From Eledone cirrhosa (Eukaryota), in assembly GCA_964016885.1 (NCBI GenBank), contig OZ024748.1, positions 13,330,001-13,394,000 on the forward strand: DNA of 64,000 nt, written 5' to 3'. Positions 40,941 through 54,829 of this stretch are shown here, piece by piece. Positions within the stretch are counted from its first letter, which is position 1; each line of letters opens with the position of its first letter. The position numbers and the translations under genes are program-made. A model generated the notes under the pieces. It ran no database searches. It worked only from the letters and a program-made list of their open reading frames with translations, and was not told the DNA's origin.

Positions 40941-41627
40941 TCTTCCTCTATATTTCCTTCTCTCTTCCATTCTCTCACTCCTCTCGTTCTCATGAGGAAA
41001 TCTGCTGTATTTAGACCCGGAGAGGGAAAGGACTCTGCCAGGTTTACAAAATTTCCCTACAACGTATATAAGTATGGTCCAATAAAGTGCAATACATACA
41101 CACGTTTCTAGGAAATTTTGTAAACATACATATATACATATAATATAGGAATTTATCGTCATCATTGCGGCTCAAAAGCGAAAGGAGTCGATGAACAGCC
41201 GAACATCACTCAATTGTATAACAATTGAATTTATATGAGAGTGTCAACTAACATAACGAATAACAGGTTCAACCAATTAATTGTTTTAAGGTTCTTTCTT
41301 GAGCAGAGTTTGGCTTTGTGATAATTATGTTGCTACCAGGATCATTTAAAAATATTGAACAAGAAGTCGTATCAGTTGATCATTTGAAGTGCATTTTACA
41401 GTTTTAGAAACGTCAGGATATATATATAACACAATCATAACAAACCCCACTATATATATATATAAATACATATGTTTCCGTATGTGTATATGTGTGTGTC
41501 TTTGCATGCTTCCTATGTGTATATTAGAGCCTCTGTACGAACCATTTTTAAGTCGCCTTAAGGAACACACTAAGTAATGATTTCTGCTATCAGCCTATCG
41601 TGGATACATTACATTCACTTACACTCT

Positions 41628-41679
<52 letters not shown>

Positions 41680-41931
41680 ACGAAACTACGTAGTCGAGGA
41701 ATTTAGGAACAGTTTAGGTATGATACATTTTATTACTAATTATATCTAAATGTTTCTTCTCTCTTCATAATGTATTTTTAACTCTGATACTGGTTCAGTC
41801 TGGTTCAAACTGAATTGGTCTGTCCCAGTCATTCATTGAGCAACATCGGTGAAGTTGGCACCCTTAACTCACAGTTGGGTGCGGATGCATTCATGTATAT
41901 ATGTGTGTGTCCGCATGTATCTGTGTGTTTC

Positions 41932-41975
<44 letters not shown>

Positions 41976-41978
<3 letters not shown>

Positions 41979-42074
41979 GGTGTCCCAAAAATGTATAGGA
42001 ACTTTGATTACCTGTACAGGCAATATTTATTAGAATGGTGTTGAAGTGTGTATACAATTTTTTGGGACAACATG
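41976..42074. mobile_element. ~100-bp Tc1/mariner-type MITE with TA TSD
   Basis: TA|CAGGGTGTCCCAAAAATGTATA ... TATACAATTTTTTGGGACAACATG|TA imperfect terminal inverted repeats. Confidence 0.7.
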
Positions 42075-42141
42075 TATATGTTTATATGTATATACATAAA
42101 TGTTTATATATTTATATATATCATTATTATAAATATATATA

Positions 42142-42177
<36 letters not shown>

Positions 42178-42256
42178 TGTATGTATGTATGTATGTATGT
42201 ATGTATGTATGTATGTATGTTTACCTAAATACATATATATGCAGATATATGAAATG

Positions 42257-42311
<55 letters not shown>

Positions 42312-42835
42312 CATATACAGTTGTATTTTCTCATAGGAAAGCAGCTAATTTGCAGAAAAGCCTGGAGATAGTTGCTTAAAGTTAACTAAGCAATTGAAAA
42401 CTATATCTAATATATACATATACATATTTAGACGGGCATATACACACACATACATACACATAAACACACAAACACACAAACAAACGCACATATACACACA
42501 AATAGAAAAATAATCATGTACATACATATACACACAAAAGCAACCGCATGTATATATTATATATATATTTATAAGTTTGTGTGTATGCATATCTACGTGA
42601 ATAATTATGATATATCATCAGCATTATAATTGCATTTAAAATATCCTTCTTTAGTAATAACCATAATATCTGTGAAGAAAATATATCAGATTTTCTAAAA
42701 TGTGTAGACACACCTAATGGCCGTGTATTTAGAATTTTGGGCTGAATATCTCTATAACCAATCTGCAACCCACCATGCGTTGGATATTTCCATGATTATT
42801 CGTGTCCTAGGTCTCAGCACCACAGCCCCCCCCCC

Positions 42836-42866
<31 letters not shown>

Positions 42867-42998
42867 AATATATTTATATATATATATATACATATACACA
42901 TATATACTTATACTTATACTATATACATATACATATATATAATTATACTTATATATGAATATGTACTTATATATAAATATGTATATATGTATATATAT

Positions 42999-43087
<89 letters not shown>

Positions 43088-43111
43088 TATATATAGATAT
43101 ATATAGATATA

Positions 43112-43147
<36 letters not shown>

Positions 43148-43474
43148 CACGGAAATGTAAATCTATACGTACTCACACATAATTTTATGCACAAAGGAAG
43201 CAAGTTATAAGATCGTGTTAGTGTTAGCATGATATCAATTGTGACAGAGAGAAGAGAAAGAGAGAGCAAGAAGCAGAGAGTGAGATAGAAGCAAGAAGTG
43301 AGCTAGAGTGAGAAAAGAGAAGAGAGAAGGGGAGTGAGAGAAGGACAGAGAAGAAGTGGGAGGGAAAGAGAGGGCTTGATGAAAAGAGTAGACCGATGCA
43401 GTGAGACTGTGTGAGAGGAAGAAAAACGGAGAAAGTGAATTTGTGTGATTGCGTGTGTGAAAGAGTCTCTCTCT

Positions 43475-43573
<99 letters not shown>

Positions 43574-43773
43574 TTCTCTCCCTGTATGCCTGTGTATTAG
43601 TGTTGTGGCTAGAATATTCAAACGTGTGGAGAGAACTCGGTATGAGAGGAGATCTGTAACGTGTACACACACAAACACACACACACACAGGCGCTCTCTC
43701 TCACACACGCACACTCACACACGCATACATACATTATATATAAAAATACACACACACACACACAGTGTGTGTA

Positions 43774-43850
<77 letters not shown>

Positions 43851-43904
43851 AATATATACTTACATGTATAGTGAGATATACGTTGTCACATGAACACACG
43901 CGCA

Positions 43905-44010
<106 letters not shown>

Positions 44011-44554
44011 TATACATATATATATATATACATATATATATATACATATATATATGTATGTATATATATATATATATATATGTATAATATATACTTACAT
44101 GTATAGTGAGATATATATATATATATATACACGTACAACATTGAGAGAGAGAGAGAGAAAGAGAAAGAGAGAGAGAAAGAGAGAGTGAGAGAGAGAGGAA
44201 GAGTGATAGAGTGAGGGAGACATAGAAAGAGGAAGGATAGAGATGGAGGAGAGCGGGATAGAGGGAGAGATGCACTCCGCTGTAGGCCATTCAGCTTTTG
44301 TTATTCTGTTTGGCTAGGTTGTGCGTCAGAGAGCATTCATTTGGTGTAGAGCAGCTTGCTCTCAGTAGCGGCACTTAACTGCAGCTGGCGCCTGGTCTTG
44401 CCTGCAACAGACGCTAACATCTAGTATTGCCTACCTCTGACGCCATATTCTTATTTACGCTCTCCGCCTACCCGCTCTTCTTTCCTCCTCACTAAACCAA
44501 ACCCTCCTTCTGACACACTGCCACACCGCCCATATATCTCTCTATATATATGTA

Positions 44555-44555
44555 G

Positions 44556-44610
<55 letters not shown>

Positions 44611-44638
44611 ATCTATCTTATCTATCTATCTATCTATG

Positions 44639-44687
<49 letters not shown>

Positions 44688-44791
44688 GTATATATGTATC
44701 TATGTATCCATGTATCTATATACTATCTATTTATTTATCAACCTATCTATATGTCTACCTAACTATCTATACATCTACCTACCTCTCTATA

Positions 44792-44825
<34 letters not shown>

Positions 44826-45025
44826 ATCTATCTTATCTATCTATCTATCTATCTATCTATCTCTCTATCTATCTATCTATCTATCTATATCTATCTATGT
44901 ATCTATGTATCTATCTGTCTATCTATATACTATCTATTTATCTAACTATCTATTTATTTATCAACCTATCTATACATCTACCTACCTATCTATATATCTA
45001 TCGATCTATCTATATATCTATATAT
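44555..45025. repeat. (TATC)n region with internal ~210-bp duplication
   Basis: tatttatttatcaaccta and atacatctacctacct each occur twice. Confidence 0.85.
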
Positions 45026-45039
45026 AGACACACACACAG

Positions 45040-45124
<85 letters not shown>

Positions 45125-45269
45125 AATCGACCGCTCCTCACTGGTATCTCTAACTGCATGTTTGTGCAAGTGTGTATGTATGAATATCGTTTATTCACCA
45201 TCTCTCTGTCGCACTCTCTTTTTTAACACTTACACACACACTTACATTCATTTATATACATACATCCAT

Positions 45270-45334
<65 letters not shown>

Positions 45335-45555
45335 ATTATATATATACATACACATATATATATATATATATATATATAACGGGGAGTAACTATGCATGTC
45401 TGTTAGAAGGCTGGTTACAGTATCGTTGTCACACTGAAAGAAGAAAGCAGTGACTGTGCTGAGTATAGTGCAGCAAATAGAAATAGAATGTGTGTTATAG
45501 AAATTATGTAGAGAGAGAAGATAAATATACATAAGGCAGATTCACAGAATATGAC

Positions 45556-45622
<67 letters not shown>

Positions 45623-46054
45623 TGGTGGAAGAGAAATGGAGGTAGGGTAAGATAGAAATAGTTAGATAATGAAATAGAGAAATAGATAGAAAAGGGAATT
45701 GTATATGGAGGCATATACGATATATTTACTTATAATAAATAAAATACATTATGATTATTATACTTAGGAGATTGATAGAAAGAGTGTGCTTGTGATAGAG
45801 GGAATGAAACGAGAGTGAGGGAGAGGTGAGAGAAAGAGGGAGAGAAAGGAGAGAGAATTGAGAGATTGAGAGGTGAGTGAAAGAGAGTGGGAAAACTAAG
45901 AGAGAGTGTTGAAGGGACAGAGAGTGTTTATAGGGGTTTTTCTAGAAAGACAAATACGCAAAATAAGACTCGTTAAAAGCCATCCATTTAGCACCTGACA
46001 CATAGTGTTCTTGAATGGAGCTTTCTGTTAATGTTACTTTCTAAACTATAATTA

Positions 46055-48530
46055 CACATACATACACACATACAGACATACATACACACACACAGACAGA
46101 CATACATACACACACACAGACAGACATACATACACACACACAGACAGACATGCATACATACACACGGACAGGCAGGCATACATACACACAGACAGGCAGA
46201 CATACATACACACATACAGACATACATAGACGCATACAGAGAGGCATGCATACATACACAGACAGGCAGGCAGGCATACATACACACAGACAGGCAGGCA
46301 GGCATACATACACACAGACAGGCAGGCAGACATACATACACACATACAGACATACATACACACACACAGACAGACATGCATACATACACAGACAGACAGG
46401 CATACATACACACAGACAGGCAGACATACATACACAGACAGGCAGGCAGGCATACATACACACATACAGACATACATACACACACACAGACAGGCAGGCA
46501 GGCATACATACACACATACAGACATACATACACACAAACAGACAGGCAGACATACATACACAGACAGGCAGGCATACACACACACAGACAGGCAGGCAGG
46601 CATACATACATACATACAGACATACATACACACACACAGACAGATAGACATACATACACAGAGAGGCAGGCATACACACACACAGACAGGCAGGCAGGCA
46701 TACATACACACATACAGACATACATACACACACACAGACAGATAGACATACATACACAGACAGGCAGGCATACATACACACATACAGACAGACATACACA
46801 CATACAGACAGACAGGCATACATACACACACACATACAGACAGACATACACACATACAGACAGACAGGCATACATACACACACACATACAGACAGACATA
46901 CACACATACAGACAGACAGGCATACATACACACACACAGACAGACAGGCATACATACAGACAGACAGGCATACATACACACACACAGACAGACAGGCATA
47001 CATACAGACAGACATACAGACAGACATACACACACAGACAGACATGCAGGCATACATACACACATACAGACAGGCATACATACAGACAGACATACAGACA
47101 GACATACACACACAGACAGACATGCAGGCATACATACACACAGAAAAGCTGGCATACATACATACACACATACAGACAGACATACATACACACACACAGA
47201 CATACAGGCATACACACACACAGACAGAAAGACATACATTCACAGACAGGCAGGCATACACACACACAGACAGACATGCAGGCATACATACACACATACA
47301 GACATACATACATACACACACACAGACAGGCAGGCATACATACACACACATATACAAACATACACACACACAGACAGAGAGGCATACATACACACACACA
47401 GGGAGGCAGGCATACACAGACACAGACAGACAGGCATACATACACACACAGACAGGCAGGCATACACACATACAGGCATACATACACACACAGAGACAGA
47501 CATGCAGGCATACATACACACAGACAGGCAGGCATACATACATACACACATACAGACAGACATACATACACACACACAGATATACAGGCATACACACACA
47601 CAGACAGGCAGGCATACACACACAGACAGGCAGGCATACACACACAGACAGGCAGACATACACACACAGAGACAGACAGACATACACACACACAGACAGA
47701 CATACATAAACACACACAGACAGACAGGCATACACACACACAGACAGGCAGGCATACATACATACATACACATACAGACAGACATACACACACACACAGA
47801 CAGACATGCAGGCATACACACACACAGGCAGACAAGCATACCTACATACACACATACAGACAGACATACATACACACACACATACTTACAGGCATACACA
47901 CACACAGACAGGCAGGCATACACACATATACACATCCAGACATACATACACACACACAGACAGACAGGCATACACACATACATACAGACAGGCAGGCATA
48001 CATACATACAGGCAGACATACACACACACACAGACAGGCAGGCATACATACACACATACAGACAGGCAGGCATACACACAGACAGGCAGGCATACATACA
48101 TACAGACAGGCAGGCATACATACATACACACATACAGACATACATAGACGCATACAGACAGGCAGGCATACACACAGGCAGACAGGCATACATACATACA
48201 GACAGACAGGCAGGCATACATACACACATACAGACATACATAGACGCATACAGACAGGCAGGCATACACACAGGCAGACAGGCATACATACATACAGACA
48301 GACAGGCAGGCATACATACACACAGACAGGCAGACATAGACGCATACAGACAGGCAGGCATACACACAGGCAGACAGGCATACATACAGACAGGCAGGCA
48401 TACATACATACACACATACATACATACATAGACGCATACAGACAGGCAGGCATACACACAGGCAGACAGGCATACATACAGACAGGCAGGCATACATACA
48501 TACACAGGCAGACATACATACATACAGACA
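46055..48530. repeat. 2.5-kb compound tetranucleotide satellite (CAGA/CAGG/CATA/CACA)
   Basis: Continuous 4-bp-based array that gives rise to the 600-750 aa pseudo-ORFs. Confidence 0.95.
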
Positions 48531-48636
48531 TGGCCTTTTACGCTCTGAATTCAAAGCAGGTTAATTACATATCACGTGATTCTCTTATAATTTTCATCAT
48601 TTCATTCATGATTTCATTCATTGGCCAAAGTTACAC

Positions 48637-48955
48637 TTGAGTTCAAATCCTAGGTTTGCCTCTCATCCTTACGGGTTTGATAAAATAATGTACCAGTCAC
48701 ACTCTGGAGTCGATTTAATTGACTTTCCCCTTAAAAATTGCTGGCCTTGTGCCAAATGTAGAAACAATTATAGGGCAGTAGATTTGCAGTAGTGGTAGAG
48801 CGTCGGACACGATGTTTTACAGCATAGAGTTACGGTCCTTTACAGCCTGGGTTCAAATGCCTTTCATCCTTACGGGCTTGATAAAATAAAGCACCAGTAA
48901 TGACCTGGTTTCGATTTAATTGCTGGCCTTGTGCCTAAATTAGAAACAATTATTA
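48637..48955 (+). mobile_element. Two tandem SINE copies
   Basis: B box, core and tail each occur twice. Confidence 0.82.
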
Positions 48956-49217
48956 TTATCGTCATTAATATTACCATCATCATCGTCATGATCATCATCA
49001 GTAGTAGTAGTAGTAGTAGTAGTAGTAGCAGTAGTAGTAGTAGTGATTTTTATTATTTAATGGTAATGTAGTAATTTTAGTTTGAAATAAGACTGCAGAT
49101 AGATGGATATATATATATATACACACACATATATATATATATACATACGAAGTGACCGGTTTCTGCGCTTGCGCGTTCGTACGGTTTTCCTTCCTGTTCC
49201 GTATAACCATGTCCATT

Positions 49218-49259
49218 ACGAACTGAGGATCCGCTAAGGTGAAACAATTGTTCTCGGTA
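49218..49259 (+). ncRNA. Degenerate hammerhead motif in a ~140-bp insert between (TA)n tracts
   Basis: tacgaa-CTGAGGA-t CC gctaa GG t-GAAA-CAATTG-TT-ctcggta, with palindromic stem III and imperfect stem I. Confidence 0.55.
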
Positions 49260-49327
49260 TGGTGAACTAACTGTTGTGTAACCACTTCTATATATATATA
49301 TATATAAAGAGAAAGAGAGAGAAAGAG

Positions 49328-49433
<106 letters not shown>

Positions 49434-50394
49434 GGAGCGAAATAGAGAGATTGACATACAGGTAGAGAGAGAGAGGTTGACAGACAGTCAAAATTACGTA
49501 TTTATTTAGTGAAACTGGCCGTGTAGTTAGTGAAACTGGCCGTGTAGTTAATCACATTCCTTGTGTAGTTAACCACAATCGTCCGTGAAGTTAGACGCTA
49601 TTGGCCGTATGCCTAGCTAACTCTATCAAGCTGTCAATATATTCGTGTTATTGTTATTGTAGTAGCAGTTGCTAATTATGATTGTTGTTGCTATCTTAAT
49701 TATCCTAATTGCTGTTATTTGTTACATCAGTGTTTTGTAATTCTTTTATATATTTATTGCTAATTGTTTATTTTTAATATTAATTATTTTAAGTAATCGT
49801 AATAATCATTATTAATTGCTATTACTATTAATTATTTTAAATGATAATTAATTAGAATTTATTACTAATTGATATTAATTGGTATTTCATATTTTGTTTT
49901 TGTTATTCATCGATTTGTTTGTTTTTGTTTTGATTTTTAAAAATAAGATTTAGATTTATCTCTTCCGTTGCACTATTAGATAACAAAGAAACGAAATGTT
50001 TCTAACTAACACTGAATTGAAAGATTATCAAATACCGGGCATTTAATAGACATAATTTCACCCTGTACAGGCCGTCGTTTCAATCTGAAGTGTTCTCGGA
50101 CCCCAGATTGCGGTTTTCTTCCGCCAAATCGAGTCCTGAGCATTGAGCCTGAATTAGCCAGTCAGTGAAATAAAATTACTACATCACCATGACAAATTCC
50201 CCATTTTGGTCAACAGGGCGCATCTAAAATATATTCTGTCAAGCCAAGGATTTACAGTTTTCTCATCCCCCCACCACTTTTTTTTGTTCTCTTTCGTTCT
50301 TTTTTGTTGTTTTTAATTTTAATTTGGTTCCTTAATTCTAAACAGAAATTAAGGGAAAGGTACCAATCGCCAGATCGGACCAAGCTGTCTACGT

Positions 50395-50600
50395 TTCCAG
50401 TGGACTCCAGTCTATTACGGATGCTTTATTTTACGGATGCTTTATTTTACGGATGCTTTATTTTATCGAACTCGTAAGGATGAAAGGCAAAGTCGACTAA
50501 ATCGACTCCAGTGCGTTACTGGTACTTTATTTTATCGACCTCGTAAGTATGAAATGCAAATCTAACTGCGCCATGATTTGAGCTTACAACGTAACAAATC
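50395..50600 (-). mobile_element. Rearranged SINE fragments with a 17-bp tandem triplication (ttacggatgctttattt)
   Basis: cgtaaggatgaaaggcaaag core occurs twice. Confidence 0.75.
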
Positions 50601-51306
50601 CGAAACTATGGCAACAATCCACCGACCTAATAACAATAACAACAATAATAAAAATGAAGAAAGTTAACCGGTGCAGGAAGGTAAAGACACAACAATATGA
50701 CGGAATAGTTACTTATGTATCTCTTTTTAAACTAATTAATATTTTCTTTTCTTTTTTCTTTTTTTTTTTTCTTTTTTCTTTTTTCTTTTTTCTTTTTTCT
50801 TTTTTCTTTTTTCTTTTTTCCTTTTGCGCTTGAGTAACGAGAAAGATTGCAGTGAAGTGAGGTGTGACAGCGAAACAATTAATAAATAGGAAGTAAGGTG
50901 TAAGAACAGGTGGGGAGGGGGGGGGATACTTCAGTAAGTGAAAGGAACTTAAAGGTTTAACAAGCAATTAATAGTAAAGGAATCAGACCATGAAATAGGG
51001 TTGGTGGCCATTCACATATATATGTTATATAGAACCTGCTCCTTTGTTAATTGTCCTTCTCCTGCTGTACTTTGGTGATTTGGGATGTTTCAACACGTGG
51101 TAATTAGGGTCTCGATGGTGATGATGACGATGACAATGGCGGTGCCGATGACGGTGCCGATGACGGTGGCGATGGCGGTGGCGATATTTTACCTGAGTAA
51201 GTTGAAGTAAGCTCTGCAATGACAATAAAAAAAAGAAAGAAAGACAAATTAAACACTGAGACTATTTATTCAATCAGTGTCTACACACATTATATGAAAC
51301 GTAAAG

Positions 51307-51415
<109 letters not shown>

Positions 51416-51448
51416 GTATATATATATGTTAATATATATATATATAAT

Positions 51449-51537
51449 GAACGAATTGTGGTAGGGAAACAGGTGGACCATAACGCACCAGAGTACTCGA
51501 TACTATGGGTAGTAGAGTGGGTAATAGGAAAACTGTT

Positions 51538-51540
<3 letters not shown>
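51449..51540 (-). mobile_element. Family A tail-only copy with micro-hairpin taggaaaactgttccta
   Basis: Tail homology between (TA)n tracts. Confidence 0.7.
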
Positions 51541-51600
<60 letters not shown>

Positions 51601-51603
<3 letters not shown>

Positions 51604-52015
51604 GGAGGTGAGTTTTATTGTAGTACAATAAAGCAATGCAGATATCGGATAAGAAGCACTCTACAGTTTGTGGGACTGGAGTATGCATAATATAAGATCA
51701 AAAGATGGTTAAAGGAGTTCCATATATTTTATTATGCGCATTTCAAAAACAAACATCATCAAGCAATAATATTTGTGTTTTCATCAGATAAAACAGGAGA
51801 ACATGATATGAAGGCTAAAAAACACTTGTGGATAGTGCAGTTTTAAATCAACATATGTTGATTTAAAACTGCACTATCCACAAGTGTTTTTTTAGCCTTC
51901 ATATCATGTTCTCCTGTTTTATCTGATGAAAACACAAATATTATTGCTTGATGATGTTTGTTTTTGAAATGCGCATAATAAAATATATGGAACTCCTTTA
52001 ACCATCTTTTGATCT

Positions 52016-52021
<6 letters not shown>
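51601..52021 (-). mobile_element. Family B fold-back element with intact hammerheads on both arms (51727-51793 minus; 51917-51983 plus)
   Basis: Near-perfect palindrome centred on caacatatgttg (51854/55), with the tail on the left and (TA)n on both sides. Confidence 0.9.
51917..51983 (+). ncRNA. Hammerhead ribozyme, family B
   Basis: TTTTAT-CTGATGA-aaacacaaatattattgcttgatgatgtttgttttt-GAAA-TGCGCA-TA-ATAAAA. Confidence 0.8.
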
Positions 52022-52053
<32 letters not shown>

Positions 52054-52259
52054 GAAAGGTATAGAAAGTATTGTAGCAAGAAGCCAACAGTATTCCATAA
52101 TATATAAGTGACTATAGCGTCAAAATGGGAAAATAGTTAACGTAAGATGTGGGAAAAATAATTCAAGCTCAATTCAAAAAGAATCAGGATATTGATTTAT
52201 CCAACAGAATTTAGTGAAATCCATGCAAAAACTACCTGCCAAAATGTGATTCTCGCTGA

Positions 52260-52327
<68 letters not shown>

Positions 52328-52330
<3 letters not shown>

Positions 52331-52536
52331 AACGAGTAGGACCCCGGCGGCTGAGCTCAAGCCGTTTCGACGGTTAATTCTGGAGTCCAGAATTCTGAGT
52401 CCAGAATTAGCCGTCGAAACGGCTTGAGCTCAGCCGTCGGGGTCCTACTCGTTCCTATTACCCACTCTACTACCCTAAGTATTGAGTACTTTGGTGCGTT
52501 ATGGTCCACCTGGTTCCTTACCACATTTCCTTCGTT
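52328..52536 (+). mobile_element. Family A fold-back element
   Basis: Short arm on the left, long arm on the right, apex with duplicated gagtccagaatt, (TA)n on both sides. Confidence 0.85.
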
Positions 52537-52984
52537 ATATATATATATATATATATTGTTCTTTCCAGTTTTGATCATACAGTCGCTTTTGTACATTTCC
52601 GATTCACATTACATATTTAAGGCTCGGAATTTTCAAGCTGGTCTTTGAGAGACATTTAGCTACTAAATATAGCAAGTCGATTGCCAGTACAGCCTTTTGC
52701 AAGTAGTTGTACAGTTCCAGGTAGTATGTCTGTGTAAGTCCCTGTTTGCCGCTTGATTATCTATAATGGTATAGTATGTTATAGACCCGTAACGCCTGAT
52801 TAAGTCGTGGAGGTTCCATATTGATATATGGCGTTTCTTGATGCATTTGTTTAACCTGACGGAGCCCATCTCCTCTACAGATCTGAATACACCAGTTTCT
52901 TCCAGAAAAAGGATAGAGAGTGATAGAGAGAAGTGACAAAAAGATATGGGAGAATAATCGACCCTATTGTTTGAATGGTACTTC

Positions 52985-53110
52985 GTTTAGACCTGGAAAG
53001 GATGACAGGCAAATTTGACCTCGGTGGGATTTGAACTCAGGGAGTAAAGATGCTTAATGAATACCACAAATCATTCAATCCGGCGTTCTGGAGACTGTCA
53101 ATTCGTTGCT
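52985..53110 (-). mobile_element. Degenerate SINE
   Basis: aaggatgacaggcaaatttgacctcggtgggatttgaactcag. Confidence 0.7.
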
Positions 53111-53204
53111 CAATGATCTACAATGGAAATAGTTAATAATTGAGTAACTATAGTAAAATGGTGGGAATTGTTCCTGGAAGACAAGAATTATTACACCTGC
53201 CATT

Positions 53205-53900
53205 GGATTGGCAGTATTGGTAGAGCGTCGGACACCCTGTTTTACAGCAAAGTGTTACGGCCCTTTACGGTTTGAGTTCAAATCCTGCCGAGGTTAACTT
53301 TGCCTTTCATCATTACGGGGTCGATAAAATAAAGTACCAGTAATGTACTGGGATAATTCCTGTCCTTGTACCAAATGTAGAAACAATTATTACACCGAGC
53401 GTTCGGTAGAACATCGGATATCATGCTTCGTGGCATAGAGTTATGTCTCTTTACGTTTTATATTCAAATTCCTTCGCAGTTAGCTGTGTCTTTTATTCTT
53501 ACGAGCTCTATAAAATTATGTACCAGGAATTCACTGGGGTCGATTTAATTGAGTTTCCCCTCCCCAGAAAATTGTTGGCCTTGTGCGTAAAATAAAAAAA
53601 ACCTTGAGTTCAAATCCCGCTGAGGTTAAGCTTTACTTTTCATCCTTACAGGCTCGATAAAATAAGTTGCTGGCCTTGTGCCTAAATCAGAGACCATTAT
53701 CATACCTGGCGGTGGATTGGCAGTATCAGTAGAGGGTCGGACGCCATGCTTTCCAGCATAGTTACGTCCCTTTACGATATGAGTTCAAATCCCGCCGAGG
53801 TTGACTTTGCCTTTCACCCTTACGGGGTCGATAAAATAAAGTACCAGTAATGCACTGGGTAATTAGTGCTGGCTTTGTGCCTAACGTAGAGACAACTATC
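53205..53900 (+). mobile_element. Head-to-tail cluster of four SINE copies
   Basis: Bodies at ~53205-53390, 53400-53595, 53604-53700 and 53707-53900. The last is flanked by atcatacctgg direct repeats (likely TSD). Confidence 0.88.
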
Positions 53901-54049
53901 ATACCTGGTGGTAAGTATTTGTGTAAGGTGAGCTGTAGATTAAAATATTTGTTGGTGGCAGTGGTGTGTTGTGAGTGGAGTAATGGTGTGTGTTGTAGTA
54001 GTTGTTATGTGTGGATGTGGTGGCGATAATTGTGATGGTGGCCTGCTGA

Positions 54050-54570
54050 TAGTGTAGTGGTGGTGTAGCGTTGTATTGGTGGTGTGATGGTGGTAGAGCT
54101 GTGCTAGGGGTCGATCGGTGGTGAGAAGGTGCGGCGAGGTGGTGTGGTTGTGCGTGGATGAGGTGGCTATGGTGGAATACTGATGTTGGTACAGTGGGGC
54201 TGTACTGGTGTGGTGGAGTGGTGGTTTAGCACATGGTGGTGTGATGGTGTAGTTGTGGTGTGGTGGTGGTGGTGGTGAAGTGCTGCGGCGAGATGGTGTG
54301 TGCTGTAGAAGTGGTTGTGCGAGGCTGAAGTGGCGGTGGTGGAATACTGATGTTGGTACAGTGGTGGGTGGGGGGGTGTAGTGGTGTGATGGTGTGGTAG
54401 TGTGGTGGTATGGGGGGTGGTAGAGCTGTGCTAGAGGGCGGCGGTGGCGAGGTGCTACGGCGAGATGGTGTGTGCTGTAGAAGTGGTTGTGCGTAGCTGG
54501 GGTGGCGGTGGTGGAATACTGATGTTGGTACAGTGGGGGGTGGGGGGTGTAGTGGTGTGGTGTAGTGATG
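54050..54570. repeat. ~170-bp tandem repeat x3 (marker ggtggaatactgatgttggtacagtgg)
   Basis: Marker at ~54171, 54338 and 54510. Confidence 0.85.
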
Positions 54571-54829
54571 TTTGGTATGTGATAGATGAAGTGGAGTGGG
54601 TTGGGGGTGGGTCGATGATAGAGGAGCGTGAGCTGGAAGAAAAGCGTAGAAGAAGGGGTAAGTTGTGTGGGCGATGTGGGCGGCGTAGGTGGTGTGTCGG
54701 CGGTGTAAAGGGGTCGGGTTGTTGTGTCGTGGTGGCGGTGGCGATGGATGATAGTGGGGGAGAGATGGTGAACGGGCATGTGTGTAGGAAAGACGGTGGT
54801 GGTGAGTGTGTTGCGTGTGAATATTGATG

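Noticed and set aside
45988-48640. 600-750 aa ORFs on both strands
   Set aside because: They are translations of a CAGA/CAGG/CATA satellite that lacks stop codons in most frames, so they are not evidence of a gene.
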